From an uncultured Rubrivivax sp. (lineage in GTDB: Bacteria > Pseudomonadota > Gammaproteobacteria > Burkholderiales > Burkholderiaceae_C): DNA of 64,000 bases. Location: the NCBI GenBank assembly GCA_964637205.1, contig CAZWUR010000006.1, forward strand, positions 5,780-69,779, read 5' to 3'. Made by a program: the position numbers and the translations under genes. Of this stretch, positions 21,808 through 31,401 are shown in pieces; positions within the stretch are counted from its first letter, which is position 1, and every line of letters begins with the position of its first letter. The notes below the pieces were generated by a model that saw only the letters and a program-made list of their open reading frames with translations, did not search any database and was not told the DNA's origin.

Positions 21808-22701
21808 TCAACTTTCACGGTCGACGACCTTGTCGGCCAGCAGCATCAACTTGCCGGCCTGCGGCAAGCCGCTGTCGCGCAGCGCGGCCTGGGCCTGGGC
21901 ATGCAGTTCGCCGGCGCGTGCGCGGGCAGGTTCGAGGCCGAGCACGCTGACATAGGTCGGCTTGTTGGCGTCCAGGTCCTTGCCGGCGGTCTTGCCCAGC
22001 GTTTCGGAGGCCTGGGTCACGTCGAGGATGTCGTCGACCACCTGGAAGGCCAGGCCGATCGCCGCCCCGTAGTCCGACAGCGCCTGCCAGGCCTGCGCCC
22101 CGGGCTGCCCGCAGGCTGCACCCATCAGCACGCTGGCCTGCAGCAGGGCGCCGGTCTTGCGCCGGTGCATGTCCTGCAACTGGCGCTCGTCGAGTGGCTG
22201 GCCGATGGCGGCCAGGTCGATCGCCTGCCCGCCGGCCATGCCGGATGCGCCCGCGGAGCGCGCCAGCAGGCCCACCAGCCGGGCCTGCACGGCCAGCGGC
22301 ACTTCGGTCTCGTCGGGGGTCAGCACTTCGAAGGCCAGGGCCTGCATCGCGTCGCCGGCCAGCATCGCCTGCGCCTGGCCGAACTGCACGTGCACGGTGG
22401 GCTTGCCGCGGCGCAGCACGTCGTTGTCCATGCAGGGCATGTCGTCGTGGATCAGCGAATAGGCGTGGATCAGTTCGACCGCCACCGCGGCACGCAGGGC
22501 GGCCTCGCGGTGGCCGTCGAGGGCATCACAGGCGGCCAGCACGAGCAGCGGGCGCAGGCGCTTGCCGCCGTCGAGCACACCGTAGCGCATCGCCTCGCCC
22601 AGACCCGCGGGCGCAACCGCCGGCACCCAGGCCGTCAGCGCCGCCTCGACCTCGTCGAGCGCACTGCGGCACCAGGCGTCGAAGGCATCGGGCGCGTTCA
22701 C
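21808..22701 (-). CDS. ispA: Farnesyl diphosphate synthase
   Basis: [28 protein letters not shown] overlap with xseB. Confidence 0.95.
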   Translation of the reverse strand: MNAPDAFDAWCRSALDEVEAALTAWVPAVAPAGLGEAMRYGVLDGGKRLRPLLVLAACDALDGHREAALRAAVAVELIHAYSLIHDDMPCMDNDVLRRGKPTVHVQFGQAQAMLAGDAMQALAFEVLTPDETEVPLAVQARLVGLLARSAGASGMAGGQAIDLAAIGQPLDERQLQDMHRRKTGALLQASVLMGAACGQPGAQAWQALSDYGAAIGLAFQVVDDILDVTQASETLGKTAGKDLDANKPTYVSVLGLEPARARAGELHAQAQAALRDSGLPQAGKLMLLADKVVDRES

Positions 22702-22946
22702 GCGTCGGCCTCGCCATCGGTCCAGGGCCGGAGCTGGCCGTCCTCGAGCACCTTGACCTGCTGCTCCACCGCTTCGAGCCGGCCGCGGCAGTACTGCAGC
22801 AGCTCGGCACCCCGGCGGTAGCTGTCGAGCAGGCGGTCGAGGGGCAGCTGGCCGGTCTCCATGGCCTGCACCAGATGGTCGAGTTCGGCCAGCGCGTCCT
22901 CGTAGGACGCGGGAGGGGTGGGCGTCGCGGATGTGCTCCTGACCAT
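22698..22946 (-). CDS. xseB: Exodeoxyribonuclease VII small subunit
   Basis: SYEDALAEL...METGQLPL...YRRG; xseB-ispA-dxs synteny. Confidence 0.94.
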   Translation of the reverse strand: MVRSTSATPTPPASYEDALAELDHLVQAMETGQLPLDRLLDSYRRGAELLQYCRGRLEAVEQQVKVLEDGQLRPWTDGEADA

Positions 22947-23195
22947 TTCTCAACGTGAAATCAGCCGAGGATTCTAGTCCGACACCTTCGCACCAATGCA
23001 GGGCCACGGTCACGTCTGGAGTGTGCACCCCAGCGCCGCCGCGCCGGGGACACCCGCTGAGTACAATCGGCGCCCCCGCGAAGCGGTCGGGTCGCGAATG
23101 CCGGTCTCCCGCGGGTTCCGTCGCCTTCCACGCAGGTCCGGCCGGATCGCCGGGGGGCTTCACGACACCTTGGGCATGGAGGATCCGTTCGGATC

Positions 23196-24311
23196 ATGTC
23201 GGACCTGGGCACCCGTCTCGCATCCCCGCATCACAGCCGTACGCAGCTGGGTGTGGCCTCGTATTTCGACGAGGCGCTGTTCCGTGCGGAACAGCGGCTG
23301 ATCTTCGATGCCGTGCCGAAGTACGTGGGCCATGCGCTCGCGGTGCCCGAGGTCGGCGACTACCATGTGCTGCAGCACGAGGGCGACGGCCGTGCGCTGA
23401 TGCGCAGCCCGCAGGGGGTGCAGCTGGTCTCCAACGTCTGCCGCCACCGCCAGGCGGTGATGCTGCATGGCCGGGGCAACACCGGCGGCCAGGTGATCTG
23501 CCCGCTGCACCGCTGGACCTATGCGCTCGACGGGCAGCTCAAGGGCGCGCCGCATTTCGACGAAGACCCCTGCCTGCACCTGCGCAACTACGCCCTGCAA
23601 TCCTGGAACGGCCTGCTCTTCGAAGGTGGCGCGCGCGACGTGGCCGCCGACCTCGCCGCCCTGGGGCCGGCCGCCGAACTGAACTTCGACGGTTATGTCT
23701 TCGACCGCGCCGTGGTGCACGGCTGCGACTACAACTGGAAGACCTTCATCGAGGTCTATCTGGAGGACTACCATGTCGGCCCCTTCCACCCCGGGCTGGG
23801 CAACCTCGTCACCTGCGACGACCTGCGCTGGGAGTTCGGCGAGCAGTACTCGGTGCAGACCGTGGGCCTGAAGAGCACCCTGGACCGACCGGGCACGGAC
23901 ACCTACCGCCGCTTCCACGACGCGCTCAGGCGCTGGCAGGGCGCACGGCGGCCGGCGCAGGGTGCGATCTGGCTGACCCTGTACCCGACCCTGATGGTCG
24001 AGTGGTACCCGGGTGTGCTGACCGTGTCCACCCTGCACCCGGTGTCGCCGCAGAAGACCGTCAACGTGGTCGAGTTCTACTACCCGGAAGAGGTGGCCCT
24101 GTTCGAGCGCGAACTGGTCGAGGCGCAGCAGGCGGCCTACATGGAAACCTGCGACGAGGACGACGAGATCGCCGAACGCATGGACGCCGGCCGGCGCGCG
24201 CTGATGCAGCGCGGCGACGACGAGTTCGGCCCCTACCAGAGCCCGATGGAAGACGGCATGCAGCACTTCCACGCCTGGTACCGGCGGCTGATGGGCAGCG
24301 CCCTGCGCTGA
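23196..24311 (+). CDS. Rieske non-heme iron oxygenase alpha subunit (putrescine 2-hydroxylase candidate)
   Basis: Rieske CRH...CPLH, NWK..EVYLEDYHVGPFH mononuclear iron site; divergent from xseB. Confidence 0.88.
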   Translation: MSDLGTRLASPHHSRTQLGVASYFDEALFRAEQRLIFDAVPKYVGHALAVPEVGDYHVLQHEGDGRALMRSPQGVQLVSNVCRHRQAVMLHGRGNTGGQVICPLHRWTYALDGQLKGAPHFDEDPCLHLRNYALQSWNGLLFEGGARDVAADLAALGPAAELNFDGYVFDRAVVHGCDYNWKTFIEVYLEDYHVGPFHPGLGNLVTCDDLRWEFGEQYSVQTVGLKSTLDRPGTDTYRRFHDALRRWQGARRPAQGAIWLTLYPTLMVEWYPGVLTVSTLHPVSPQKTVNVVEFYYPEEVALFERELVEAQQAAYMETCDEDDEIAERMDAGRRALMQRGDDEFGPYQSPMEDGMQHFHAWYRRLMGSALR

Positions 24312-24318
24312 GCATCGC

Positions 24319-25242
24319 GTGAACGCGCGGCGCCGGATCTCGCCGGCCTGGGCGCCGTGGCTGATGCTTGGCGCGGCCTTCCTGTTCGCCCTGATGGGCG
24401 TGTGCGTGAAGCTGGCGTCGGCGCGCTACGGCGCCGGCGAGATCGTCATGTACCGCAGCCTGTTCGGCGTCAGCTTCGTGGCGCTGTGGTCGCGCTGGCG
24501 CGGCGGCAGCCTGCGCACGGCCTTGCCGGGCATGCATGCCTGGCGCGCCACCGTCGGCGTGATCTCGCTGGCGCTGTGGTTCTATGCCATCGGCAGCGGC
24601 CTGCCGCTGGCCACCGCGATGACGCTGAACTACATGTCTTCGGTGTGGATGGCGCTGTTCCTGATCGGCGGCGCGGTGATCGTCGGCGGTGCCCGCATCG
24701 ACGGGCGGCTGATCGCCACCGTGCTCGCCGGTTTTGCCGGCGTCGCGCTGGTCCTGCGGCCGACGCTCGACCAGGCCCAGCTCTGGCATGGCGTCGCCGG
24801 TCTGGCCTCGGGCATGATCGCCGCCCTGGCCTATCTGCAGGTCACCGCGCTCGGCCGCGCCGGCGAACCCGACTACCGGATCGTCTTCTACTTCTCGGCC
24901 GGCGGTGTCGTCGTCGGCGCCGCGCTGGCGATGCTGCAGGGCGGCTTCGCCGGGCACGATCTGCGCGGCGCCGCGCTGTTGACCGCCATCGGCCTGCTGG
25001 CGGCCGCGGCGCAGCTGATGATGACGCGCGCCTATGCGATCGGCAGCCCGCTGATCAATGCCTCGCTGCACTACAGCGGGATCGGCTTTGCCTTCCTGTT
25101 CGGCGTGCTGTGGTTCGACGAGGCGGTCTCGGCGATGGCGCTGTCCGGCATCGCGCTGATCGTCGCGGCCGGCGTGTCGGCGACCCTGCTGCGCGCGCGG
25201 CTGGCGCCGGCGCTGCCCGCCGCGCCGCGCGATCCGCGCTGA
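24319..25242 (+). CDS. DMT/EamA family transporter
   Basis: About 10 hydrophobic helices, two-repeat EamA pattern. Confidence 0.85.
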   Translation: MNARRRISPAWAPWLMLGAAFLFALMGVCVKLASARYGAGEIVMYRSLFGVSFVALWSRWRGGSLRTALPGMHAWRATVGVISLALWFYAIGSGLPLATAMTLNYMSSVWMALFLIGGAVIVGGARIDGRLIATVLAGFAGVALVLRPTLDQAQLWHGVAGLASGMIAALAYLQVTALGRAGEPDYRIVFYFSAGGVVVGAALAMLQGGFAGHDLRGAALLTAIGLLAAAAQLMMTRAYAIGSPLINASLHYSGIGFAFLFGVLWFDEAVSAMALSGIALIVAAGVSATLLRARLAPALPAAPRDPR

Positions 25243-25252
25243 CAATGCCGGC

Positions 25253-26101
25253 ATGGACCTGCACCACACCCTGATCTGCGCCGAAGCCCTGGCGGCCCGG
25301 CTGGCCGCCGGCGCGCCCAGCGTGCTGCTGGACTGCCGCTTCGACCTGTCCGACCCGTCCGCCGGCCTGGCGGCCTATGCTGCCGCCCACCTGCCCGGCG
25401 CCCGCTACGCCCACCTCGACCAGGACCTTTCCGGCGCCAAGACTGGTCGCAACGGGCGCCATCCGCTGCCCGACATCGCGGCCCTTGCCGCCTGGGCCGG
25501 GGCGATGGGCATCGCGCCCGGCGTGCAGGTGGTGGCCTACGACGACGTTGGCGGGCCCTATGCGGCGCGCTGCTGGTGGCTGCTGCGCTGGCTGGGCCAC
25601 GATGCGGTGGCCGTGCTCGACGGCGGTGTCAGCGCCTGGCGGGCCATCGGCGGGGCGATCGAACGGGGCGCGCCGGCGTCACCGACGGCGACAGCCCCTT
25701 ACCCCGCCGCGGCCGCGCCGGCGATGCCGACCATCGACGCCGACGCGCTGCTGGCGGCGCTCGGCCGGGTGCGCCTGGTCGACGCGCGCAGCGCAGCGCG
25801 CTTCCGTGGCGAGGCCGAAACGCTGGACCCGGTGGCCGGGCGCATCCCGGGCGCCACGCTGCGCGCCTTCCAGGACAACCTGCTGCCGAACGGTCGCTTC
25901 AAGCCGGCGGCGCAGTTGCGCGCCGAGTTCGAGAACTGGGCCACGCCGGCGGCGCAGGTGGTGCACCAATGCGGCTCGGGCGTGACGGCCTGCCACAACC
26001 TGCTGGCCATGGTGCACGCCGGGCTGGAAGGCTCGGTGCTGTATCCCGGGTCGTGGAGCGAGTGGTGCGCCGACCCGGCACGCCCCATCGCCCGGGGTTG
26101 A
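25253..26101 (+). CDS. sseA: Tandem-domain rhodanese / 3-mercaptopyruvate sulfurtransferase
   Basis: HLPGA, GRHPLP, CGSGVTAC active loop, YPGSWSEW. Confidence 0.88.
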   Translation: MDLHHTLICAEALAARLAAGAPSVLLDCRFDLSDPSAGLAAYAAAHLPGARYAHLDQDLSGAKTGRNGRHPLPDIAALAAWAGAMGIAPGVQVVAYDDVGGPYAARCWWLLRWLGHDAVAVLDGGVSAWRAIGGAIERGAPASPTATAPYPAAAAPAMPTIDADALLAALGRVRLVDARSAARFRGEAETLDPVAGRIPGATLRAFQDNLLPNGRFKPAAQLRAEFENWATPAAQVVHQCGSGVTACHNLLAMVHAGLEGSVLYPGSWSEWCADPARPIARG

Positions 26102-26111
26102 TCCCGAGGGG

Positions 26112-26125
26112 TTGTCCGATGTCAA
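26112..26125. promoter_or_regulatory. Possible Crp/FNR-family site upstream of usp
   Basis: TTGTC-CGAT-GTCAA (TTG-N8-CAA) with -10-like CACACT at 26147-26152. Confidence 0.4.
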
Positions 26126-26179
26126 GCCCCGGCCGCGCGGTCGGGGCACACTGGATACTCCACCTTAAAGGAGCCTGCC

Positions 26180-26614
26180 ATGTACCAACGCATCCTGGTC
26201 CCGACCGATGGTTCCGACATCACGGGCAAGGCGGTGCAAACCGCGATCGAGTTGGCCGCGCTGGCCAAGGCCCAGCTGTTCACGATCGGCGTCAAGGAAC
26301 CCTTCCCCTACAGCGCCATCTCCGAGATGCAGCCGGTGCCGCCGCAGGAGTTCTTCGATGCGCAGGAGCGCATCGCCAGCACCCATGTGAAAGCGGTGGC
26401 CGATGCCGCCAAGGCCGCCGGCGTGGCCTGCACCGGGCACACGGTGGAGGCGCTGCACCCCTGGGAGGCGATCATCGACCACGCCAAGGCCCAGGGCTGC
26501 GACCTGATCGTGATGGCCTCGCACGGCCGCCGCGGCGTGGCCGCCCTGCTGCTGGGCAGCGAAACGCAGAAGGTGCTCACGCACAGCGTACTGCCGGTGC
26601 TGGTGGTGCGCTGA
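26180..26614 (+). CDS. Universal stress protein
   Basis: YQRILVPTDGS, DLIVMASHGRRG..ALLLGS, PVLVVR; AAGGAG RBS. Confidence 0.95.
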   Translation: MYQRILVPTDGSDITGKAVQTAIELAALAKAQLFTIGVKEPFPYSAISEMQPVPPQEFFDAQERIASTHVKAVADAAKAAGVACTGHTVEALHPWEAIIDHAKAQGCDLIVMASHGRRGVAALLLGSETQKVLTHSVLPVLVVR

Positions 26615-26880
26615 GCGGGGCCGACCCGGTGCGGATCCGGCTTTGCCGGTCCGTGCCGTGGCCCCCGCGGGGGGTGGCGAGCGCAGGCGAGCCCCGGGGG
26701 CCCATCCAACGCCGTGCTGCGTGAACCCCGCGCGGCAGCGCTGCCAGCCGTCTTCGGCGGCGCACCGGCGGCTGGCGTCGATCCCCTCTGTGGCCGAACG
26801 CGGGGCCCGCCCGAAGCCCGACAGCCTCCTGGGAAGTGCGGGCGAAGACCGTGGCGCCGACGCGGGCACAATGCGCCCCC

Positions 26881-28392
26881 ATGCCGTCCGCGACGCCCAC
26901 GCCGCCCTCGCTCGCCGAGCCGCTGGCGGTGGTCGACATGGGCTCCAACAGCTTCCGGCTCGAGATCGGACGCCTGCAGCACGGCCGCTACCGGCGCATC
27001 GACGACCTGAAGGAAATGGTGCGCCTGGGCGGCGGCCTCGACGAGCAGGGCATGCTCACCGAGGCCGCGGCCGAGCGCGGCCTGGCCTGTCTGCGCCGCT
27101 TTGCGGTGCGCCTGCAGGACTTCGACCCCGGCCGCGTGCGCGCGGTGGCGACTCAGACCCTGCGCGAGGCGCGCAACCGCAACGCCTTTCTCGAACGTGG
27201 CCGCGCGGCACTCGGTCACCCGATCGAGGTCATCTCCGGCCGCGAGGAAGCGCGCCTGATCTACGCCGGCGTCGCCCATCTGCAACCCTCGGCGGACCGC
27301 CGGCTGGTGGTGGACATCGGCGGGCGTTCAACCGAGATGATCCTCGGCCACGGCCTGCAGCCGGGCACCGCGGAGTCGTTCCAGGTCGGCTGCGTGAGCC
27401 TGTCGATGCGCTACTTTGCCGACGGCGTGATCACGGCCGAGGGTTTTCGCGCCGCCCAGGTGGCCGCCGGGGCCGAGCTCGAGGAAGGTCTGCAGCCCTT
27501 TGCGCCACGCCACTGGCACAGCGCGCTCGGGGCCTCGGGCACGGTCGGGTCGGTGGCGCAGATCCTGCAGGCGGCGGGCGTCTCCGATGGCCGCATCACC
27601 GCCGAGGGCCTGCGCTGGTGCATCGCCCGCTGCATCGAGCTCGGCCATGTCGAGCGGCTGCAACTGCCGGGCCTGAAGGCCGACCGGCGCGCCGTGCTGC
27701 CCGGCGGGCTGGCGATCCTGTACACCCTGCTGTCGAATTTCCGCATCCCGGTGCTGACGGTGGCCAAGGGCGCGCTGCGCCAGGGTGTGATCGTCGACCT
27801 GCACGAACGCATCGCCGCCATGCACCAGGCGCGTCCGGGCGACATGCGCGAGCGCTCGGTCGAGGCGCTGCAGGGCCGCTTCGGCGTCGACCGCGAGCAG
27901 GCCGGGCGTGTGCGCAGCGTGGCCCTGGCCCTGCTCGACCAGGCCCTGCCCGAGGCCGGCTCCGACACCCGGCGCGAGCTCGGCTGGGCCTGCGACCTGC
28001 ACGAGATCGGCCTGATGGTCTCGCACCACGACCACCACCGGCACAGCGCCTATCTGATCGACCATGTTGACGCGCCCGGCTTCTCGCAGAGCCAGCAGCG
28101 GCGCATCGGCCAGATGGTGCTGGGCCAGCGTGGCGGGCTGCGCAAGCTCGACAGCGCCCTGGACAGCCCGGTCTTCGCCGCCCAGGTGCTGTGCCTGCGC
28201 CTGGCGGTGATCAAATGCCATGCCCGCGGGCCGGTGGATCCGGCGGCGCTGTCGCTGCGCCTGAAGGGCCGCGATGCCCGGCTCGGGTTTGCCCGAGGCT
28301 GGGCCGACAACCACCCGCGCACCCTGTTCCTGCTGCACGAAGAAGTCGAAGCCTGGGCGCGCGGTGGCGCCTTGCGCTTCAGCCTGGACTGA
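26881..28392 (+). CDS. ppx: Exopolyphosphatase (Ppx/GppA)
   Basis: DMGSNSFRL, SGREEARLIY, DIGGRSTE, LHEIG HD-like domain. Confidence 0.94.
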   Translation: MPSATPTPPSLAEPLAVVDMGSNSFRLEIGRLQHGRYRRIDDLKEMVRLGGGLDEQGMLTEAAAERGLACLRRFAVRLQDFDPGRVRAVATQTLREARNRNAFLERGRAALGHPIEVISGREEARLIYAGVAHLQPSADRRLVVDIGGRSTEMILGHGLQPGTAESFQVGCVSLSMRYFADGVITAEGFRAAQVAAGAELEEGLQPFAPRHWHSALGASGTVGSVAQILQAAGVSDGRITAEGLRWCIARCIELGHVERLQLPGLKADRRAVLPGGLAILYTLLSNFRIPVLTVAKGALRQGVIVDLHERIAAMHQARPGDMRERSVEALQGRFGVDREQAGRVRSVALALLDQALPEAGSDTRRELGWACDLHEIGLMVSHHDHHRHSAYLIDHVDAPGFSQSQQRRIGQMVLGQRGGLRKLDSALDSPVFAAQVLCLRLAVIKCHARGPVDPAALSLRLKGRDARLGFARGWADNHPRTLFLLHEEVEAWARGGALRFSLD

Positions 28393-28411
28393 GGCCGGCC
28401 CCGCAGGCCGC

Positions 28412-30475
28412 TCAGGTCCGGAAGCGTGCCATCAGCGCCTGCTGGGCGCTGGCGCCGTCGCCGCCGATGCGTGTGTAGCGGCCGCCGGAGTCGAGCGCCC
28501 AGGCGTCGCGGGCGTCGTGCAGATAAGGCACCAGGCATTCGTCGATCACGCGCTGGCGCAGCCGGGCGTCGCGCAGCGGCCAGGCGATCTCGATGCGGCC
28601 GAACATGTTGCGGCTCATCCAGTCGGCACTCGACAGGTACAGGGCCTCGTCCTCGTCGCCTGGGCCCCAGCGGAAGTAGAGCACCCGCGAATGCTCAAGA
28701 AAGCGGCCGATCACCGAGCGCACGCGGATGCGTTCGCTGACGCCCTCCAGGCCTGGCGGCAGCATGCAGGCGCCGCGCACGATCAGGTCGATCGACGCCC
28801 CGGCCTGGCCGGCCTGCAGCAGGGCCTGGATCAGCGCCGGGTCGGTGAGGGCATTGATCTTGACCACGATGCGCGCCGGTCCGCCCGCCGCAGCGGCGGC
28901 GCTGACGCGGTCGAGCAGTTCGAGCAAGCGCCGGTGCAGCTGGAAGGGCGCCGACAGCAGCAGCGCCTGGCGCCGCATGCGCGTCTGGCTGGCGATCTGG
29001 TGGAAGACGGCGTCGGCGTCGGCCGTCAGCGCCGGGTCGGCGCTCATGTAGCTCAGGTCGGTGTACAGGCGCGCCGTCTTCGGGTTGTAGTTGCCGGTCG
29101 ACAGATGGGCGTAGCGGCGCAGCCGGCCCGGCGCCGTCCGGCCGCTGGCGCCCTCGCGCCGCGTCACGAGCAGCAGCTTGGCGTGGGTCTTCAGACCGAC
29201 CACGCCGTAGACCACCTGCGCGCCCACCGCTTCCAGCCGTTCGGCCCAGTTGATGTTGGCCTCCTCGTCGAAACGGGCCTTGAGCTCGACGACGCAGGTG
29301 ACCTCCTTGCCGCGCCGCACCGCCTCGAGCAGCAGATCCATCAGCACGCTCTGCGCGCCGGTGCGGTAGATGGTCTGCTTGATCGCCAGCACGTCGGGGT
29401 CGTAGACCGCCTCGCGCAGAAACTGCACCACCGGCTCGAAGCTCTCGAAGGGGTGGTGCAGCAGCAGGTCGCCGCGCTTCAGGCGCGCGAACACCGAACT
29501 GCCCCGGGGCAGGCGCTTTTCGGGCCAGGCCGGCTCAAAGGGCGCGAAGCGCAGGTGGTCGGCCTGCACCTGGTCGATGAGCTGGTTCAGGCGCACCAGG
29601 TTGACCGGGCCGTCGGCGTGGTAGAGCGCGGCCTGGGGCAGCTTGAACTGCGCGCGCAGGAAGTCCGACAGTTCGGGCGGGCAGCTGGCAACCACCTCGA
29701 GCCGGATGGCCTGACCGAAATGGCGCGTCGTCAGCCCGCGGCGCAAGGCCTGGCGCAGGTTCTTCACGTCGTGGTCGCTGACCTCGAGGTCGGAGTCGCG
29801 GGTGACGCGGAACTGCGAAAAGGCCTCCACCGTGCGCCCCGGAAACAGCTCGCCGAGGTGGGCGCGGATGACGCTGGTCAGCAGCACGAAGGCCTGCCGG
29901 CCGGCGGCGACCTCGTCGGGCAGGCGGATCACGCGCGGCAGCACGCGCGGCACCTTGACGATGGCGATACCGCTGTCGCGGCCGAAGGCGTCCTTGCCGA
30001 TGACGCGGGCAATGAAGTTCAGCGCCTTGTTGGCCACCAGCGGAAAGGGGTGGGAGGGGTCCAGCGCCACCGGCACCAGGAGCGGCCGCACCTGCTGCTC
30101 GAAGAAGCGGCGCACCCAGTCGCGCTGCGCGCCGTTGCGCTGGTCGTGGTTGATGACGTCGATGCCCTCGCGCTGCAGGGCCGGCATCACGGCCTCGTTG
30201 AAGGCCAGGTACTGCTCGTCGATGAGTTCGTGCGCCGCGGCCGCCACATGCTCGAAATCGCCATGCGTGCCGCTGGCGCGGGCGGCGTCGAGCACGTCGG
30301 CCACGCGCACCTCGAAGAACTCGTCGAGATTGGACGATACGATGGTGATGTAGCGCAGCCGCTCGAGCAGCGGCACGTCCTCGCGCCTTGCCTGGGCGAG
30401 CACGCGGCGATTGAACTCCAGGATCGATCGTTCGCGGTTCAGCAGGGCCAGGGGTGGAGGAGGGCGGTCGGACAT
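28412..30475 (-). CDS. ppk1: Polyphosphate kinase 1
   Basis: NRERSILEFNRRV, SSNLDEFFEVRVA, LHHPFESF, LKTHAK, GRFLEHSR, SSADWM. Confidence 0.97.
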   Translation of the reverse strand: MSDRPPPPLALLNRERSILEFNRRVLAQARREDVPLLERLRYITIVSSNLDEFFEVRVADVLDAARASGTHGDFEHVAAAAHELIDEQYLAFNEAVMPALQREGIDVINHDQRNGAQRDWVRRFFEQQVRPLLVPVALDPSHPFPLVANKALNFIARVIGKDAFGRDSGIAIVKVPRVLPRVIRLPDEVAAGRQAFVLLTSVIRAHLGELFPGRTVEAFSQFRVTRDSDLEVSDHDVKNLRQALRRGLTTRHFGQAIRLEVVASCPPELSDFLRAQFKLPQAALYHADGPVNLVRLNQLIDQVQADHLRFAPFEPAWPEKRLPRGSSVFARLKRGDLLLHHPFESFEPVVQFLREAVYDPDVLAIKQTIYRTGAQSVLMDLLLEAVRRGKEVTCVVELKARFDEEANINWAERLEAVGAQVVYGVVGLKTHAKLLLVTRREGASGRTAPGRLRRYAHLSTGNYNPKTARLYTDLSYMSADPALTADADAVFHQIASQTRMRRQALLLSAPFQLHRRLLELLDRVSAAAAAGGPARIVVKINALTDPALIQALLQAGQAGASIDLIVRGACMLPPGLEGVSERIRVRSVIGRFLEHSRVLYFRWGPGDEDEALYLSSADWMSRNMFGRIEIAWPLRDARLRQRVIDECLVPYLHDARDAWALDSGGRYTRIGGDGASAQQALMARFRT

Positions 30476-30537
30476 CCGGCCAGTGTAAGGACGGCGCAGG
30501 ACAGGCCCGTGCCAACGGGCCGGCAACAGGAGCCACG

Positions 30538-31401
30538 ATGCAGCAGCACCTCCGGGTCATTCCCCGCACCCACGACCTGGGCGGCGGCTTCATGGTGCGC
30601 CGTGCGCTGCCGGCGGCGGCCTGCCGCAGCGTCGGCCCCTTCGTCTTCTTCGACCATTTCGGCCCGGTGCAGGCCGGGCCGGACGACAACCACGACGTGC
30701 GCCCGCATCCGCACATCGGCCTGGCCACCGTGACCTACCTCTACGCAGGCGCCATGCTGCACCGCGACTCGATCGGTGCCGTGCAGCGCATCGAGCCCGG
30801 GGCGATCAACTGGATGAGTGCCGGCCGCGGCATCGTGCACTCGGAGCGCACCCCCGACGATCTGCGCGCCGTCACGCGCATCAGCCACGGCCTGCAACTC
30901 TGGGTGGCCCTGCCGGCCGACCAGGAAGAGAGCGAGCCGTGGTTCGTGCACACGCCGGCGGCGGCGCTGCCGGCGCTCGAGGTCGGCGGCGCGCGCCTGC
31001 GCCTGCTCGTCGGCGAAGCCTTCGGCGAGCGCTCGCCGGTGCAGGCGGCCTCGCCGACGCTGTTCATGGACATCACGATGCAGGCCGGCGACGCCTTTCC
31101 GCTGCCGCCGGCCGCCGAACGTGCGCTCTATGGCGTCGACGGCGCGTTCACGCTGGACGGCGAAACCATCCCGGCGCAGACCCTGATCGTGCTTGCGCCG
31201 GGCGAAGAACCCCTGGTGGCGGCCGAGTCCGACGTGCGTCTGGCCCTCGTCGGCGGCGAGCCGCTCGGCCCGCGCTTCGTCTGGTGGAACTTCGTCTCCA
31301 GCCGCAAGCAACGCATCGACCAGGCGGCCGACGACTGGGCCGCCGGCCGTTTCGCCGCGGTACCGGGCGAGACCGAGTTCATCGGGCTGCCGACGCGCTG
31401 A
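30538..31401 (+). CDS. Pirin family protein
   Basis: HPHIGLATVTY, MSAGRGIVHSE, GLQLWVALP, WNFVSS; AGGAG RBS. Confidence 0.94.
   Translation: MQQHLRVIPRTHDLGGGFMVRRALPAAACRSVGPFVFFDHFGPVQAGPDDNHDVRPHPHIGLATVTYLYAGAMLHRDSIGAVQRIEPGAINWMSAGRGIVHSERTPDDLRAVTRISHGLQLWVALPADQEESEPWFVHTPAAALPALEVGGARLRLLVGEAFGERSPVQAASPTLFMDITMQAGDAFPLPPAAERALYGVDGAFTLDGETIPAQTLIVLAPGEEPLVAAESDVRLALVGGEPLGPRFVWWNFVSSRKQRIDQAADDWAAGRFAAVPGETEFIGLPTR

Noticed and set aside
26800..26855. Cobalamin-riboswitch-like words (CTGGGAAG...GAAGACC) upstream of ppx
   Set aside because: Other conserved core elements are not found, and the downstream gene is unrelated to B12
26881..30475. Convergent ppx/ppk1 pair as unusual
   Set aside because: Ordinary arrangement in Burkholderiales; both genes look intact
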